In this document: positions 9,638 through 19,049 of the stretch, piece after piece
Position numbering within the stretch: the stretch's first letter is position 1
How the letters are laid out: each line of letters starts with the position of its first letter
Source: an uncultured virus (IMG/VR IMGVR_UViG_3300048587_001148)
Taxonomy: Duplodnaviria; Heunggongvirae; Uroviricota; Caudoviricetes
DNA length: 64,000 bases
Strand: one strand, 5' to 3'
IMG/VR virus record: IMGVR_UViG_3300048587_001148
Notes under the pieces: generated by a model
The model's database searches: none
What the model saw: the letters and a program-made list of their open reading frames with translations, nothing else
What the model was told of the DNA's origin: nothing
Translations under genes and position numbers: made by a program

Positions 9638-10702
9638 ATGGACTCCACCGAGATCCCCCTCTATGCCGCAGACCGCCTGCGTGAGCTCCGCACGCAGGCC
9701 GGGATAGGGCAGGCTGAGTTTGCCCGACGAATGGGACTGCCCAGTCGTCAGGCGCTTTCCGATATTGAGCGTCGCCGTCGCACCTTCACTCCCCAGGAGG
9801 TGATCGCTGCTGCTGGTGTGCTCACCCTGCCGCCTTCGGCGTTGTTGACTCGTGTTGGTCAGCTGCCCGACAGCGCCCTGCATTTTCACATTGGTCCGTG
9901 CGAGGATCGCCAGGCTGTACTGTTAGAGGCTCGCCGTGTGGTAGAGCGTGTCGTCGGTATTGTGCGGCACGTCGTGCCTCCGGCCGCGCTCTTGCGCCCC
10001 TCATTGCCGTTCGTTCGTGGCGTGACGCGAGATGCGGTCTGGCTTGCGGCGGAGCAGGTTGGTGGGCGCCTCGGCCTTGGTGTCTGTCCAGCGGGCCGCT
10101 TGGCGGCCGCCTTGGATCTGGTCTATGGCGTGCGAGTTATGGTGGTGGATTTTCCGAGCCCCGTGGAGAGTGCCTCGGTACATTCACTCGAGGGGATGTA
10201 TGTCCTGCTTTCACGACATCAGACCTCTCGCCAGCAGGCCGTTGATCTCTCCCATCACCTCTTTCATCTGATGACGTGGCATGGTCTGCCGCCGGCGCAT
10301 GTGGCCGCCAGCTCCGGTCCGCGTGGGGTGGAGCGGCTCGCCGTCGAGTTCGCCGGTGCTCTGCTGCTGCCACGCTTGGCGATGGCCGTTCGGTGGTCCC
10401 GGCGTTTCGGCGAGACGCGCGCAGCTTGGGTTGTCCGGTCGGCCCGCGAAATGGGTGTCCCTTCGGTTTTTCTCGGGGAGCGGGTAGTGGGGCTCGGGTT
10501 GCTCCCGAAGAAGCAGTGGAGCGACATGCGGGTCGTCCTGCCGGAGCCCGCAGCGCCACCCCCATCCGGCTCCCTCTGGGGGCCGTGGTTCGTGGACCGA
10601 CTGGCGAATGCTCTATACGCTCGGCATCTCACGGTAGCAAAGGCCGCAGATTTGCTCGATATGTCCGAGGCGGATGTCCTCACTCTGGCGGGTATGAGCT
10701 GA
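9638..10702 (+). CDS. XRE-family HTH fused to an ImmA/IrrE-like domain (HExxH degenerated to HHLFH)
   Basis: N-terminal RLRELRTQAGIGQAEFARRMGLPSRQALSDIE HTH, DLSHHLFHL...VERLAVEFAGALLLP, and C-terminal LTVAKAADLL; this is the typical XRE-ImmA layout. Confidence 0.8.
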   Translation: MDSTEIPLYAADRLRELRTQAGIGQAEFARRMGLPSRQALSDIERRRRTFTPQEVIAAAGVLTLPPSALLTRVGQLPDSALHFHIGPCEDRQAVLLEARRVVERVVGIVRHVVPPAALLRPSLPFVRGVTRDAVWLAAEQVGGRLGLGVCPAGRLAAALDLVYGVRVMVVDFPSPVESASVHSLEGMYVLLSRHQTSRQQAVDLSHHLFHLMTWHGLPPAHVAASSGPRGVERLAVEFAGALLLPRLAMAVRWSRRFGETRAAWVVRSAREMGVPSVFLGERVVGLGLLPKKQWSDMRVVLPEPAAPPPSGSLWGPWFVDRLANALYARHLTVAKAADLLDMSEADVLTLAGMS

Positions 10703-10740
10703 CATTCACCCTGGCTTGAGGGACGGGATGAATGCTCATG

Positions 10741-11220
10741 CTATCTACACACTGCCACGACGTTATTGATTTTCTGGGCCAGGAAGTCAAACCCGAACGT
10801 GGAAAGGAGTGTGGGAAGTGTAACGGTGAAGAGCGTCGCCACGATGAAGGCGAAGACGGCATTGCGCAGGTGATCCCCTTGGGCGGTTTTCGCAGCGAGC
10901 GCCAGCTCCAGAATGCCGTAGGCTCCCAGGAGTGCCACGAGCATAAGCCGCCCGCTTCCCAGGAAGAACGGGTAGAGGATGCAGCCAAAGATGACCTTCA
11001 CTTCGTCGAGGAGGCTGCTGACCGCATCCCCGGACGCCCCGCTCCCACCCTTCGTTTGGGCATCAAACCCGACGGGGTAAGGTGTTTCCCCGTCGATCAA
11101 CTGTTGGGCGTTGAGTGTCGGTATTCCACCTGCCGGCGCAAGGACGATGGGCCCCCCCACGCACAGGAGGAGTGCGGTCATCGCAATCACGCGTTGTGGA
11201 AATTGTGTCCAATGCGCCAT
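10741..11220 (-). CDS. Membrane protein, possible TrbC/VirB2-like pilin
   Basis: 159 aa with a long leader ending LNAQ, a Gly/Ser linker and two hydrophobic segments separated by a short loop (AAKTAQGDHLRN). This architecture resembles VirB2 propilins. Confidence 0.45.
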   Translation of the reverse strand: MAHWTQFPQRVIAMTALLLCVGGPIVLAPAGGIPTLNAQQLIDGETPYPVGFDAQTKGGSGASGDAVSSLLDEVKVIFGCILYPFFLGSGRLMLVALLGAYGILELALAAKTAQGDHLRNAVFAFIVATLFTVTLPTLLSTFGFDFLAQKINNVVAVCR

Positions 11221-11266
11221 GATGGGGTCCTTGAGGGTCACCACATCATAGGAGTGCGATCCCCCC

Positions 11267-11719
11267 GTGCGTCCAATCGAACCCTCACCGCTGGTCCGCC
11301 GATTACTGGCTGGTGCCGTGGACTTGGTAGAACCCCTGGTCGTTCGACTCGCCACGGGGGTCGGGCTGGAGGACGCCCTGGTGCCGAGTCCCACCCCTGT
11401 TGCCCTTGTCGGGTGGTGGACAGCCCTCCTGCCCCCGGAAGGGCTTGCGGCCCATCTGCATCTCGCAGATGGCGGGCGCGCGTTGTTGATCGAGGAGGGC
11501 GGGTCGACCCACGAGGGGGCCTGGGGGGTCGAGGGCGCTCGCCGATCTCCGCGCCTCTTTTTGGAGCTGCCAGGGCTCGACGAGGCCATGCGAGCTCCCC
11601 TCGAGCTCGCCTCGGGCGATGTGCCGGAGTATTGGACGTGGGGGACCGTGCGATGGTTTTCTCGCGAAGCCCTGGAGACCGGAAGCCGTGCACCGCTTCC
11701 GGTGGACCTCGCGGGGTGA
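11267..11719 (+). CDS. Hypothetical protein
   Basis: 150-aa ORF with natural composition, divergent from the pilin-like gene. Confidence 0.55.
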   Translation: MRPIEPSPLVRRLLAGAVDLVEPLVVRLATGVGLEDALVPSPTPVALVGWWTALLPPEGLAAHLHLADGGRALLIEEGGSTHEGAWGVEGARRSPRLFLELPGLDEAMRAPLELASGDVPEYWTWGTVRWFSREALETGSRAPLPVDLAG

Positions 11720-11744
11720 GACGTTCCCCGGGGGCGACTGAGGC

Positions 11745-12395
11745 CTAAATCCCCCTGAGGATCGCGCTGGCGCGAGGGTGGACAATCTCCTCGCTGGGGA
11801 TCTCGTTGCCGGTGTTGCCGACGGCCTGCAGGATGTTGCGGCCCAGCGGGGTCAGCTCCCAGTCGTTCGAGAGCATCGGCATTCCCTGGTCGAGTACCCA
11901 GTGCTCGAAAGCGAAGGCGTCGAGTAGGTTGCTGGCTGCTCCCGGTTCATATCCCGCACTGTGCAGCTGTCGACACATCGCTTGGATGGCACGAATGTCT
12001 TGCGCGGCAGGGCTGTGGTCGGCCGTGGTATCCCAGGCCGGCTGCCCGCCAATACCATAGAACCGGATCGCGGCCTCGCGAGCGTCGGCTGATTCCGGGT
12101 CGATGGCATCGCGGTGCCACAGTAGTTCGTCGCTCGGGCCCTCTCCGTGGGGCACGCGGACGAGCGTGAGCAGCGCCTCGGTCACGACGTCAATCCGGTG
12201 CAGTTTGAGGAGAAGGGGGTCCGTCACGCCCTCCGTATAGAGGGCGCGCAAATAGGCGAGCTTGTCGCCCACTTCCTGCACCCACCGCGCTGCTTCTCGG
12301 AGCTCTTCCGGGAGATCATTGACGGCGTGCGGCCCGGTGATTTCTCCCCAGGCGGCGTCCTTGAGTTGGTGGGCAATCATCGTTGAAGTAGTCAT
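11745..12395 (-). CDS. Hypothetical protein
   Basis: Globular-looking ORF; TATTGT lies 5 nt before ATG 12395. Confidence 0.7.
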   Translation of the reverse strand: MTTSTMIAHQLKDAAWGEITGPHAVNDLPEELREAARWVQEVGDKLAYLRALYTEGVTDPLLLKLHRIDVVTEALLTLVRVPHGEGPSDELLWHRDAIDPESADAREAAIRFYGIGGQPAWDTTADHSPAAQDIRAIQAMCRQLHSAGYEPGAASNLLDAFAFEHWVLDQGMPMLSNDWELTPLGRNILQAVGNTGNEIPSEEIVHPRASAILRGI

Positions 12396-12437
12396 GCGCC
12401 ACAATACACGCCGAACCGGCCGCCCCCTAACACGCGA

Positions 12438-12896
12438 TCAGCTTCGCTGGTGCTTGAGGAGGAGCGCCAGGCTGCGCGCACCTTCTCGGGCGACCGGCTC
12501 TTCGCTGGCCAGCATGCCGTGATAGCTCGCAAGGACCGGCAAGGGCAGCTTGAGAAGGCGCTGGAGCGTCGTGGCCGCCTCGTCATCCGGACGGAGCACC
12601 CCAAGGAGTCGGTCGCAGGCGATGAGTCGCATGGCCTGCTCTTCAGTGTACTCAGCGCGCCCCCCGTTGCTTTCGTCCGGCAGCGGGAACCGGAGCCCGC
12701 CCGCCGCCTCGAGGGCCCTGGCCGTGACTGCCCCGGTCCACTGGACGACCGTGGTGGGGCGATCGACCTGCTCGACGTGCCGCGTAGGGAGGGGGAGCTG
12801 GACCAGGAAGAGGCTGGAACGCTTCTTGGGGCCAGAGAAAAGGCGGAGTTCGAAGGGGGGCATGGGAGAGCCGTCAGAGAGGGTTCGCTCGACCAT
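12438..12896 (-). CDS. Hypothetical protein
   Basis: 152-aa ORF with natural composition; HEAT-like C-terminus (MLASEEPVAREGARSLALLL). Confidence 0.6.
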   Translation of the reverse strand: MVERTLSDGSPMPPFELRLFSGPKKRSSLFLVQLPLPTRHVEQVDRPTTVVQWTGAVTARALEAAGGLRFPLPDESNGGRAEYTEEQAMRLIACDRLLGVLRPDDEAATTLQRLLKLPLPVLASYHGMLASEEPVAREGARSLALLLKHQRS

Positions 12897-12966
12897 GGCA
12901 GGTCCGGGATCCCCTTGTCAATTGGGGCCCTAGGCCGCTCGCCCGCGCCCGAGCTATTCTCTGGCC

Positions 12967-13419
12967 ATGGCGATCCAAGGGCGCGTTCTCGGGGGAGTGA
13001 TCGGCCGCTGGCTGGGGGTCTTCTGCTGGCTACTGGTTGCGGTGGTCTGCTGGATGCCCCCCGTGGTGCGTTCGGTGCGGGATCCCGTCCTCTACGAGAT
13101 GATTCTCGAGGGGTGGGAGCCGGGCTGGTATATCGAACCGCTTCGCGCGGACGCAGAGCGCCTGGTGGGCACGGATCTGAGTCCACAGGAGCGGACCTCA
13201 GAGTTCGGTGCACGCTTGGACGCCTGGACTGCCGCCCGCTCCCGCGCATGGCTGTGTGGTGACCCCATCCCCGCGGCGGAGGCTGTCATGCAGGCGATGG
13301 CTGCCCCCGAGGCCGGCTGTGCTCCTTTTGGTCGTCGGGCTAGCTTGACGCTGCTATCGCCTGAGCGTTCCAGTGGGCCTCAACCACCCTCTGGCGCGCC
13401 TGACCCAGCCAGACCATAG
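12967..13419 (+). CDS. Hypothetical membrane-anchored protein
   Basis: N-terminal hydrophobic helix; TATTCT lies 6 nt before the ATG. The 3' end overlaps the convergent DHH gene. Confidence 0.5.
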   Translation: MAIQGRVLGGVIGRWLGVFCWLLVAVVCWMPPVVRSVRDPVLYEMILEGWEPGWYIEPLRADAERLVGTDLSPQERTSEFGARLDAWTAARSRAWLCGDPIPAAEAVMQAMAAPEAGCAPFGRRASLTLLSPERSSGPQPPSGAPDPARP

Positions 13420-14410
13420 CCTCTTCTTGGGAATGAGCGCGATACCGCGCCATGGCAGCAAAGGCATGTCCGCCTCCACCGAGGCTCCGCGTGACCGCCC
13501 CACAATCCAGGGGTAGCGAAGCGGGTCGTCCTGGCGCGCGACTGAGGTGCAGGACAGCCTCAATGCCGTCGATGAGTGGTCGGGTGGTCGCGAGTGCCGC
13601 GAAGTCGACCGTGGTCTCGCGAAAGGCATGCGCCTTGGCAAATCGATCCAGGCGATCCACCATCCCCCACCGGAGCCCCGGCGCGAGCCACTCTTCCTGC
13701 CGTGACAGGGTAGTGGCGCGCTCACGGTTGGTCTTGCCGGCCTCGCGGAGAACCGCTTCGTGTCGAGGAAGGAGTGCTGGCTCCCCCCAACTGAGCCGCC
13801 AGGCGATGCCGGCCGCCTCCCGTGGGCTGAGGCTTTCCAGGAGGATATCCCAGGCCAGGATGCCTTCGCCGGGGTGTTCGATATCGAACCGACTCCATCG
13901 CGCTTGATCCACCTTCTCAGCGAATGGGACTGCGTTCTTGAGCCCGTCTGGCACCTCCTCCCAGACCCCCTCTGCCTGGAGCAGGGCTTCCCAGCATCGT
14001 GCCGCGCACGAGGCGCCCGAGTCATGCCATACAGGCCAGTCGCCGATCCTGCGCTGGCCTACCGGCGCCTCCGGGACCCCAGCAGCCCCATGAAGCCCAA
14101 AGTCGTGGGCCGCCGGATGGTGGTCTACCCAGGCCACGGGCATGTTGCTGGCGACACCGCCGGGGTAGGGGAAGTCGCTGACCACTACTCCTCGAATCTC
14201 TTCCGGGTTCAGCGGTCTGCCGCCCGGCGTCTTCCCCTCGCGCAGGATGTCTCCCACGGCTCCCCAGCGGCCACCGATGTCGAAGTCGACCGTCTCCAGG
14301 TGGGGACGCGCATCGGGATGTCGCCACCGGACCCACCATGTCGCCAAGGCAAGGCTGACGAGGCCATCTGTGTCGTGGTGCGCGAGGAGAACCACATCGA
14401 AGGGGGCCAT
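13340..14410 (-). CDS. DHH/DHHA1-family phosphoesterase
   Basis: Motifs HHDTDG, VVVSDF, WVDHH, SCA and C-terminal GGGGHAFAA. Confidence 0.85.
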   Translation of the reverse strand: MAPFDVVLLAHHDTDGLVSLALATWWVRWRHPDARPHLETVDFDIGGRWGAVGDILREGKTPGGRPLNPEEIRGVVVSDFPYPGGVASNMPVAWVDHHPAAHDFGLHGAAGVPEAPVGQRRIGDWPVWHDSGASCAARCWEALLQAEGVWEEVPDGLKNAVPFAEKVDQARWSRFDIEHPGEGILAWDILLESLSPREAAGIAWRLSWGEPALLPRHEAVLREAGKTNRERATTLSRQEEWLAPGLRWGMVDRLDRFAKAHAFRETTVDFAALATTRPLIDGIEAVLHLSRAPGRPASLPLDCGAVTRSLGGGGHAFAAMARYRAHSQEEAMVWLGQARQRVVEAHWNAQAIAASS

Positions 14411-14537
14411 ATCGCCACCATAAGGGCCATGTGCCCCCTCGGCGCCAATCTTCCGCCCACGTGGAGAGTTGTTGCCCTCGTGGCGTGTATGGTCACCATG
14501 TGCCAGTCTGGCGACTTATTGACGACTACATGGAGCA

Positions 14538-15902
14538 ATGATGCCCCCGAAGAAGTCCTCTCGGAACCGCACTCCGCATGAGTGCATGCACTGCGGCCGT
14601 GTCGAGCCACGGTGGTTCGGGCGCTGCACCTCATGTCAGGAGTACAATTCGGCCGTGGAGCAGGTCCAGCCCATTCGGAGTGTCGGCCACGGGGCGGCCA
14701 TCCAGGGGCATGCGGTCACGCCGCTTCGCGACTGTCTGACCGCAGCCCCGCCGCGCGTGTCGACCGGGGACGCCGGCCTCGACTTCGCCCTGGGCGGTGG
14801 TATGGTCCCTGGGTCCGTCACACTGTTGGGAGGGGAGCCCGGCGTGGGGAAGTCCACCCTCCTGATGCAGCTGCTCCGTGATACTGCCGCGACAGAGCGT
14901 GTCCTCTACGTCTCTGGCGAAGAAGGGCGGCACCAGGTCGCCCGACGTGCTGAGCGCCTCGATGCACTCGATGTGCCCTTCTGGGAAGGCACCTTGTTGG
15001 AAGAGTTGATCGGCGTCCTGGAGGCCGAGAGGCCCTCCGTGCTGGTGGTGGACTCTCTGCAGACCTTTCGCGCGGCCGAACTGGAAGGGCAGCCTGGTGG
15101 CGTCAAACAGGCCGTGGCGGTGGCCGACGCCCTCACGAAGTATGCGCACACGCATGGCGTTGCGCTGTGGTTGGTCTGTCACGTCCGCAAGGACGGCGAG
15201 CTCGCTGGTCCCCACCATATTGAGCACCTGGTCGACGTCGTCTGTACCTTCGAAGCCCTGCCGGTGGGTGGGTTCCGGATGATTCGCGTCCGCAAGAACC
15301 GCAATGGCAGCACCGATGAGGTTGCTCTATTTGAGATGGCCGGGGCGGGTCTCGTTCCGGTGCTGGATCCCTCTCGGGTTCTCCTGCAGGAGCGCCGCGC
15401 TGATTTGCCAGGGTCTGCGCTGATGGTGCACTTGGAAGGTTCACGTGGGCTTCTGGTGGAGGCGCAGGCGCTCGTGACCCCAGTGACCTACGGGACGCCC
15501 CAGCGGACGGGGCAGGGGCTGCCGCGCCAGCGCATGCTCTTGTTGGCAGCCATCCTCGACCGTCGTGCCGATCTCCCGACGGGGACGATGGATTTGTTTG
15601 TCAATCTGGCCGGGGGCTATGAGGTGCGTGATCCAGCGGGCGACCTGGCACTGGTTGCGGCGATCCTGAGCTCAGCAGCGCAACGCCCGCTCCCGGAGCG
15701 TGCCGTGTTCCTCGGCGAGGTCGGTCTGGCGGGAGAGGTGCGGCAGGCCAGTATGATCGAGCGCCGCTTGCAGGAGGCCGTCAATGCCGGGATGACGCAG
15801 GCATTTGTCGCCCGCGTACCCGAGCGCGTGCCGGACCGGCTCGAATGTATTGCCGTCTCCACGGTGGGCGAATTGCGAGGCGTGCTGGCCCTCGACCTGT
15901 GA
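14538..15902 (+). CDS. radA: DNA repair protein RadA/Sms
   Basis: N-terminal C4 zinc finger (CMHCG..WFGRCTSC), GGEPGVGKST, YVSGEE, VVDSLQT, KNRNG (canonical KNRFG) and a Lon-like C-terminus (GEVGLAGEVR). Confidence 0.95.
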   Translation: MMPPKKSSRNRTPHECMHCGRVEPRWFGRCTSCQEYNSAVEQVQPIRSVGHGAAIQGHAVTPLRDCLTAAPPRVSTGDAGLDFALGGGMVPGSVTLLGGEPGVGKSTLLMQLLRDTAATERVLYVSGEEGRHQVARRAERLDALDVPFWEGTLLEELIGVLEAERPSVLVVDSLQTFRAAELEGQPGGVKQAVAVADALTKYAHTHGVALWLVCHVRKDGELAGPHHIEHLVDVVCTFEALPVGGFRMIRVRKNRNGSTDEVALFEMAGAGLVPVLDPSRVLLQERRADLPGSALMVHLEGSRGLLVEAQALVTPVTYGTPQRTGQGLPRQRMLLLAAILDRRADLPTGTMDLFVNLAGGYEVRDPAGDLALVAAILSSAAQRPLPERAVFLGEVGLAGEVRQASMIERRLQEAVNAGMTQAFVARVPERVPDRLECIAVSTVGELRGVLALDL

Positions 15903-15931
15903 GGTATGACGGCGCGGGAACGTTGTCGTCC

Positions 15932-16177
15932 TCAGGCCTGGACGAGCTCGCCGAGTCGATTGCTGCTTGCCAGTGCCCGTAGCCCCGCCAGGAGCACGTG
16001 CCGATCTTCTCGTGTGTAACCCTCGAACACCGGCCCGGGGAGGTTGGCATGGCGCAAGTGGTGCCGGACCTCTTCTTGGCAACGATCCGCCCATGCCTCC
16101 ATGGTCCCTCCGCGGGCAAGGAACTGGCGTTCTTCTGTCAGGAGCATGTCCAGTTCGTGCATCGTCGGATTATGCAT
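15932..16177 (-). CDS. Small hypothetical protein
   Basis: MHNPTMHELDMLL...; its start overlaps the recombinase stop. Confidence 0.55.
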   Translation of the reverse strand: MHNPTMHELDMLLTEERQFLARGGTMEAWADRCQEEVRHHLRHANLPGPVFEGYTREDRHVLLAGLRALASSNRLGELVQA

Positions 16178-17189
16178 GGCCACGCTCTGGGGTGTTGAGG
16201 ACGTGCGCCGCGCGGGCCCGTGCACGCTCACTTCCGGCGCGATCGTGTTCCGTGTAGATCTGGGTAGTGGCAAGGTTGCGGTGCCGGAAGAATTCCTTGA
16301 TATCGATCAAGGGCATCCCGGTATCCGCCAGGTGGTAGCCCACGCTGTGGCGAAGTTTGTGGGGGGAAAAGCCACTCACGCGCTCTGCGCTCCAGCCGGC
16401 ACTGATCGCCCAGCGCACCAATTGTTGTCCCACCGCCATGCGCGTCCATGCGCGTCCGGTGTGTGCGTTGATTAGCAGGTAGGGTTCATGGCCCGCTTGC
16501 GTGGCAGGGCGGTGGTGGAGCACGAGATCGACCACGTCCGTCAGCGGTGGATGGACGAACATGGTGTCGCGATGTTCACCTTTACCGAGAATCACGATTT
16601 CCCAGGGGACCGTCGATCGGTTGACGTCACGACGCAGGATGCCCGTCGCTTCACTGACGCGCAAGCCCAGGTAATAGCACAGGTGTAGGATCGCGTACGC
16701 GTGGAGTCGGTGCTGGAACACGTCCGTGTCGTCGCTCAGACGATGGTGGTCGAGATCCTGACGCGCGGCTTCGAAGAGCTGGAGGATCTCTTCGCGCGAG
16801 TAGCGAGTCGGTGCCGCCCGCTTCGGGGCGCGCAGCTTCATCCCCGTCGTCGGGTCCGCTGTCACAACGTGGGTCTCGACGGCCCATTGATACCACCCTC
16901 GGAGCGCGGCAAGCATCCGTTGGGCACGGGCGCGTCCCCAGGGGCGTTCGTCGTTGGGATCACGCACGTTGCGCATCTTGGTTTCCAGCCATCGGCTCAG
17001 CGCTTCGCGGTCCGCTGTGAGCAGGCCACCTGTTGGCAACTCCGTCTCCGCGGAAAGGAGGTCCGCGAAGTAACCATCGCGCGACGAGGCCGTGAGGTCG
17101 ATGCGTGTCGCAAGATATCGCTCGATGAGCGCATGGCCGGTGGGCGTGGGCATAGCTTCCACGCTAGGGGGTTGCACGGGTTTCGTCAA
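16170..17189 (-). CDS. XerC/D-like tyrosine recombinase
   Basis: Catalytic set GLRVSE (R), GKG (K), HKLRH, FRH and TQIY (Y), with an N-terminal core-binding domain. Confidence 0.92.
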   Translation of the reverse strand: MTKPVQPPSVEAMPTPTGHALIERYLATRIDLTASSRDGYFADLLSAETELPTGGLLTADREALSRWLETKMRNVRDPNDERPWGRARAQRMLAALRGWYQWAVETHVVTADPTTGMKLRAPKRAAPTRYSREEILQLFEAARQDLDHHRLSDDTDVFQHRLHAYAILHLCYYLGLRVSEATGILRRDVNRSTVPWEIVILGKGEHRDTMFVHPPLTDVVDLVLHHRPATQAGHEPYLLINAHTGRAWTRMAVGQQLVRWAISAGWSAERVSGFSPHKLRHSVGYHLADTGMPLIDIKEFFRHRNLATTQIYTEHDRAGSERARARAAHVLNTPERGHA

Positions 17190-17425
17190 TCACATCCGTA
17201 GACGGCAAAGCATTTGCCGCTGCGGCTGGCGGAATCCTTGGCGACGGTCCGGACCAGGGTTCCTGGGTAGGTTGCGGTGCGTGCGTCCCGCTTCAGGAGG
17301 GTGTGGAGCTCATCGAGGGTCGTGGCGGTGTGCCAGAGGGTACCTTTCTGTGTGACAGCTTCCAGGGCTCGGGCCATGCCAACCGGCGGCATGGGGCGCT
17401 GGGTCCGGGGGGTAGTGGTGGTCAT
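17186..17425 (-). CDS. Small hypothetical protein
   Basis: 79 aa, with 4-bp overlaps to both neighbours. Confidence 0.55.
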   Translation of the reverse strand: MTTTTPRTQRPMPPVGMARALEAVTQKGTLWHTATTLDELHTLLKRDARTATYPGTLVRTVAKDSASRSGKCFAVYGCD

Positions 17426-18153
17426 CGCTCCGATTCATCGGGGTGGGAGGTAGGGTGCGCAAATTCGTGCCGCACGCCGCTGGAAAGTGCTCGCAGCTCA
17501 TCTAGCATGCGGTTGGCGGCGTTGCGGGCGGCCTGCCAGCTTCGGACGTCAACGGCTGCGTCGTCGAGACCGATGGACCGACTCGACTCCCGGTAGGCGG
17601 ATGCTCTGGCAGCCAGTGGGGCGGGGAGGAAGGGAAGTGCCTTGGCCATGGCGCGGTCGAGTGCCCCGAGCGTGAGCCGCAGGGCCTTCAGGTCTTGGAC
17701 CCGCATGTACGACGAGAGCTCCGCCATGGCCTTGGTCTCATCCATGCTGAAGAGCATCAACACGTCGTTGCGCTTGCCCGCGGGAATTTCTCGGGCTTGC
17801 ATCCAGCGATCGAGGTCGTTGGGCTCACGGAACATCGCCGGTTCCGGGTCCTGGCGGTCCCCCACGATCGGATGCAGGCCAAGCTCCACCGCGTGCAGCT
17901 TGCTGAGGAAGCCCATCAGCGCATCCTGCCGATTGGCATTGTATACCAGCAAGTGGTCGGTTTGCTTCTGGAAGACGTCCCACGCCTTGTTGGCGTTTTC
18001 CTGCATACTGCCGTGGAACGAGCTGATCTGGCGGGCTAGCGCATTCGCCACGGCGGTTTCGGCCATGGCCGTCAAGGACCAGCGAACGGCAATGAAGCCG
18101 CCCACAAGGATGACCAGTCCGACCACCAGGACGGCTACGCCTGCCATATCCAC
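17422..18153 (-). CDS. Membrane-anchored hypothetical protein
   Basis: N-terminal TM helix (VAVLVVGLVILVGGFIAV) and a helical body; first gene of the apparent recombinase operon. Confidence 0.75.
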   Translation of the reverse strand: MDMAGVAVLVVGLVILVGGFIAVRWSLTAMAETAVANALARQISSFHGSMQENANKAWDVFQKQTDHLLVYNANRQDALMGFLSKLHAVELGLHPIVGDRQDPEPAMFREPNDLDRWMQAREIPAGKRNDVLMLFSMDETKAMAELSSYMRVQDLKALRLTLGALDRAMAKALPFLPAPLAARASAYRESSRSIGLDDAAVDVRSWQAARNAANRMLDELRALSSGVRHEFAHPTSHPDESER

Positions 18154-18324
18154 TCCGTAAGAGGTTCCCGCAAGGATGGAGCGGCGTCGGGGGGTTCGTA
18201 CAGGGGGGCGGGGGGCACTATGGTCTTGCGATGCCCGACTCGCCCCCGCTCCCTGCGTTGCCAGACCCCGGCATTCTTCGCGCCTGGTGGGGGGCCTGGC
18301 TGCTGGGGTGCCGAGGCGAGTCTG

Positions 18325-18960
18325 TTATGCGCGAGGTTTTGCACGGAGCGTCGCCCCGCTCGAGACTGCGCCAGCCTTCGGGGGGCGCGGTGGAGGAGAA
18401 GGTTTTTCATCCGACCAGACAAAATTCCCCTTGAGGCTTGTAGGGCCGCTGTACCATCGCTCCGGCGGCTCTCCACGCGTAGGGTTGATGCGGTCGCCAA
18501 GCCGCCGGATGGCGATGGCGGTGTCGATGACGACACGCTGGTATTGGGGGTCAGTCAAAAAGAGTTCAGTCACCTGGATGCGATAGGTGCCGGCTCGTGG
18601 GAAGACCTTCGCCGCCTTGAACGGGTCGAAAAACTCTCTCCCCCGAGGGCGTGCGTGGAACCAGAAGGTCTCCGTGGTGCTTGCGCCCCCCGGCAGGGCT
18701 GGTGGTGTGGCAACACTCACTGCCCAGCCGTCTGGCAGCCGATCCCAGGTGGGCTCAGGATCGAGACCGGGCACCATGTACAGTTCGGTCCGGGTTTCAC
18801 TGGCTCCCCAGCCACGCAAGAGCAGTTGTGCCATGGGGCGTGCCGCAAAACTTGCCTTGTCGGACACCCCGGACGACCAGTCGATGGGGGTGGGGGGAGT
18901 TTGTGCTGCCAGCGGTGTGGCGGCGCTCCCGAGGAGAAGGAGGAGTCGGACGGGGCTCAT
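18325..18960 (-). CDS. Secreted hypothetical protein
   Basis: Signal peptide MSPVRLLLLLGSAATPLAAQ followed by a beta-rich body. Confidence 0.7.
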   Translation of the reverse strand: MSPVRLLLLLGSAATPLAAQTPPTPIDWSSGVSDKASFAARPMAQLLLRGWGASETRTELYMVPGLDPEPTWDRLPDGWAVSVATPPALPGGASTTETFWFHARPRGREFFDPFKAAKVFPRAGTYRIQVTELFLTDPQYQRVVIDTAIAIRRLGDRINPTRGEPPERWYSGPTSLKGNFVWSDEKPSPPPRPPKAGAVSSGATLRAKPRA

Positions 18961-19049
18961 GGTCTAACAGATGGTGATGATCACGCCCTGCCGGCAAGGC
19001 TCTGCGGAACCTCGCCCTCGCCTGTGCTCTGCCACTGTCTCTCGCCTCT

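Noticed and set aside
8294..9889. 531-aa minus-strand ORF and other long antisense ORFs (e.g. 36467..37822, 20136..21167, 28261..29058)
   Set aside because: Shadow ORFs opposite well-supported genes in GC-rich DNA, with Arg/His/Gly-biased or mirror composition.
16170..17189. Integron integrase with the single-gene units as cassettes
   Set aside because: No IntI-specific insertion is evident and I found no repeated attC-like sites between genes; the genes lie on both strands with their own promoters.
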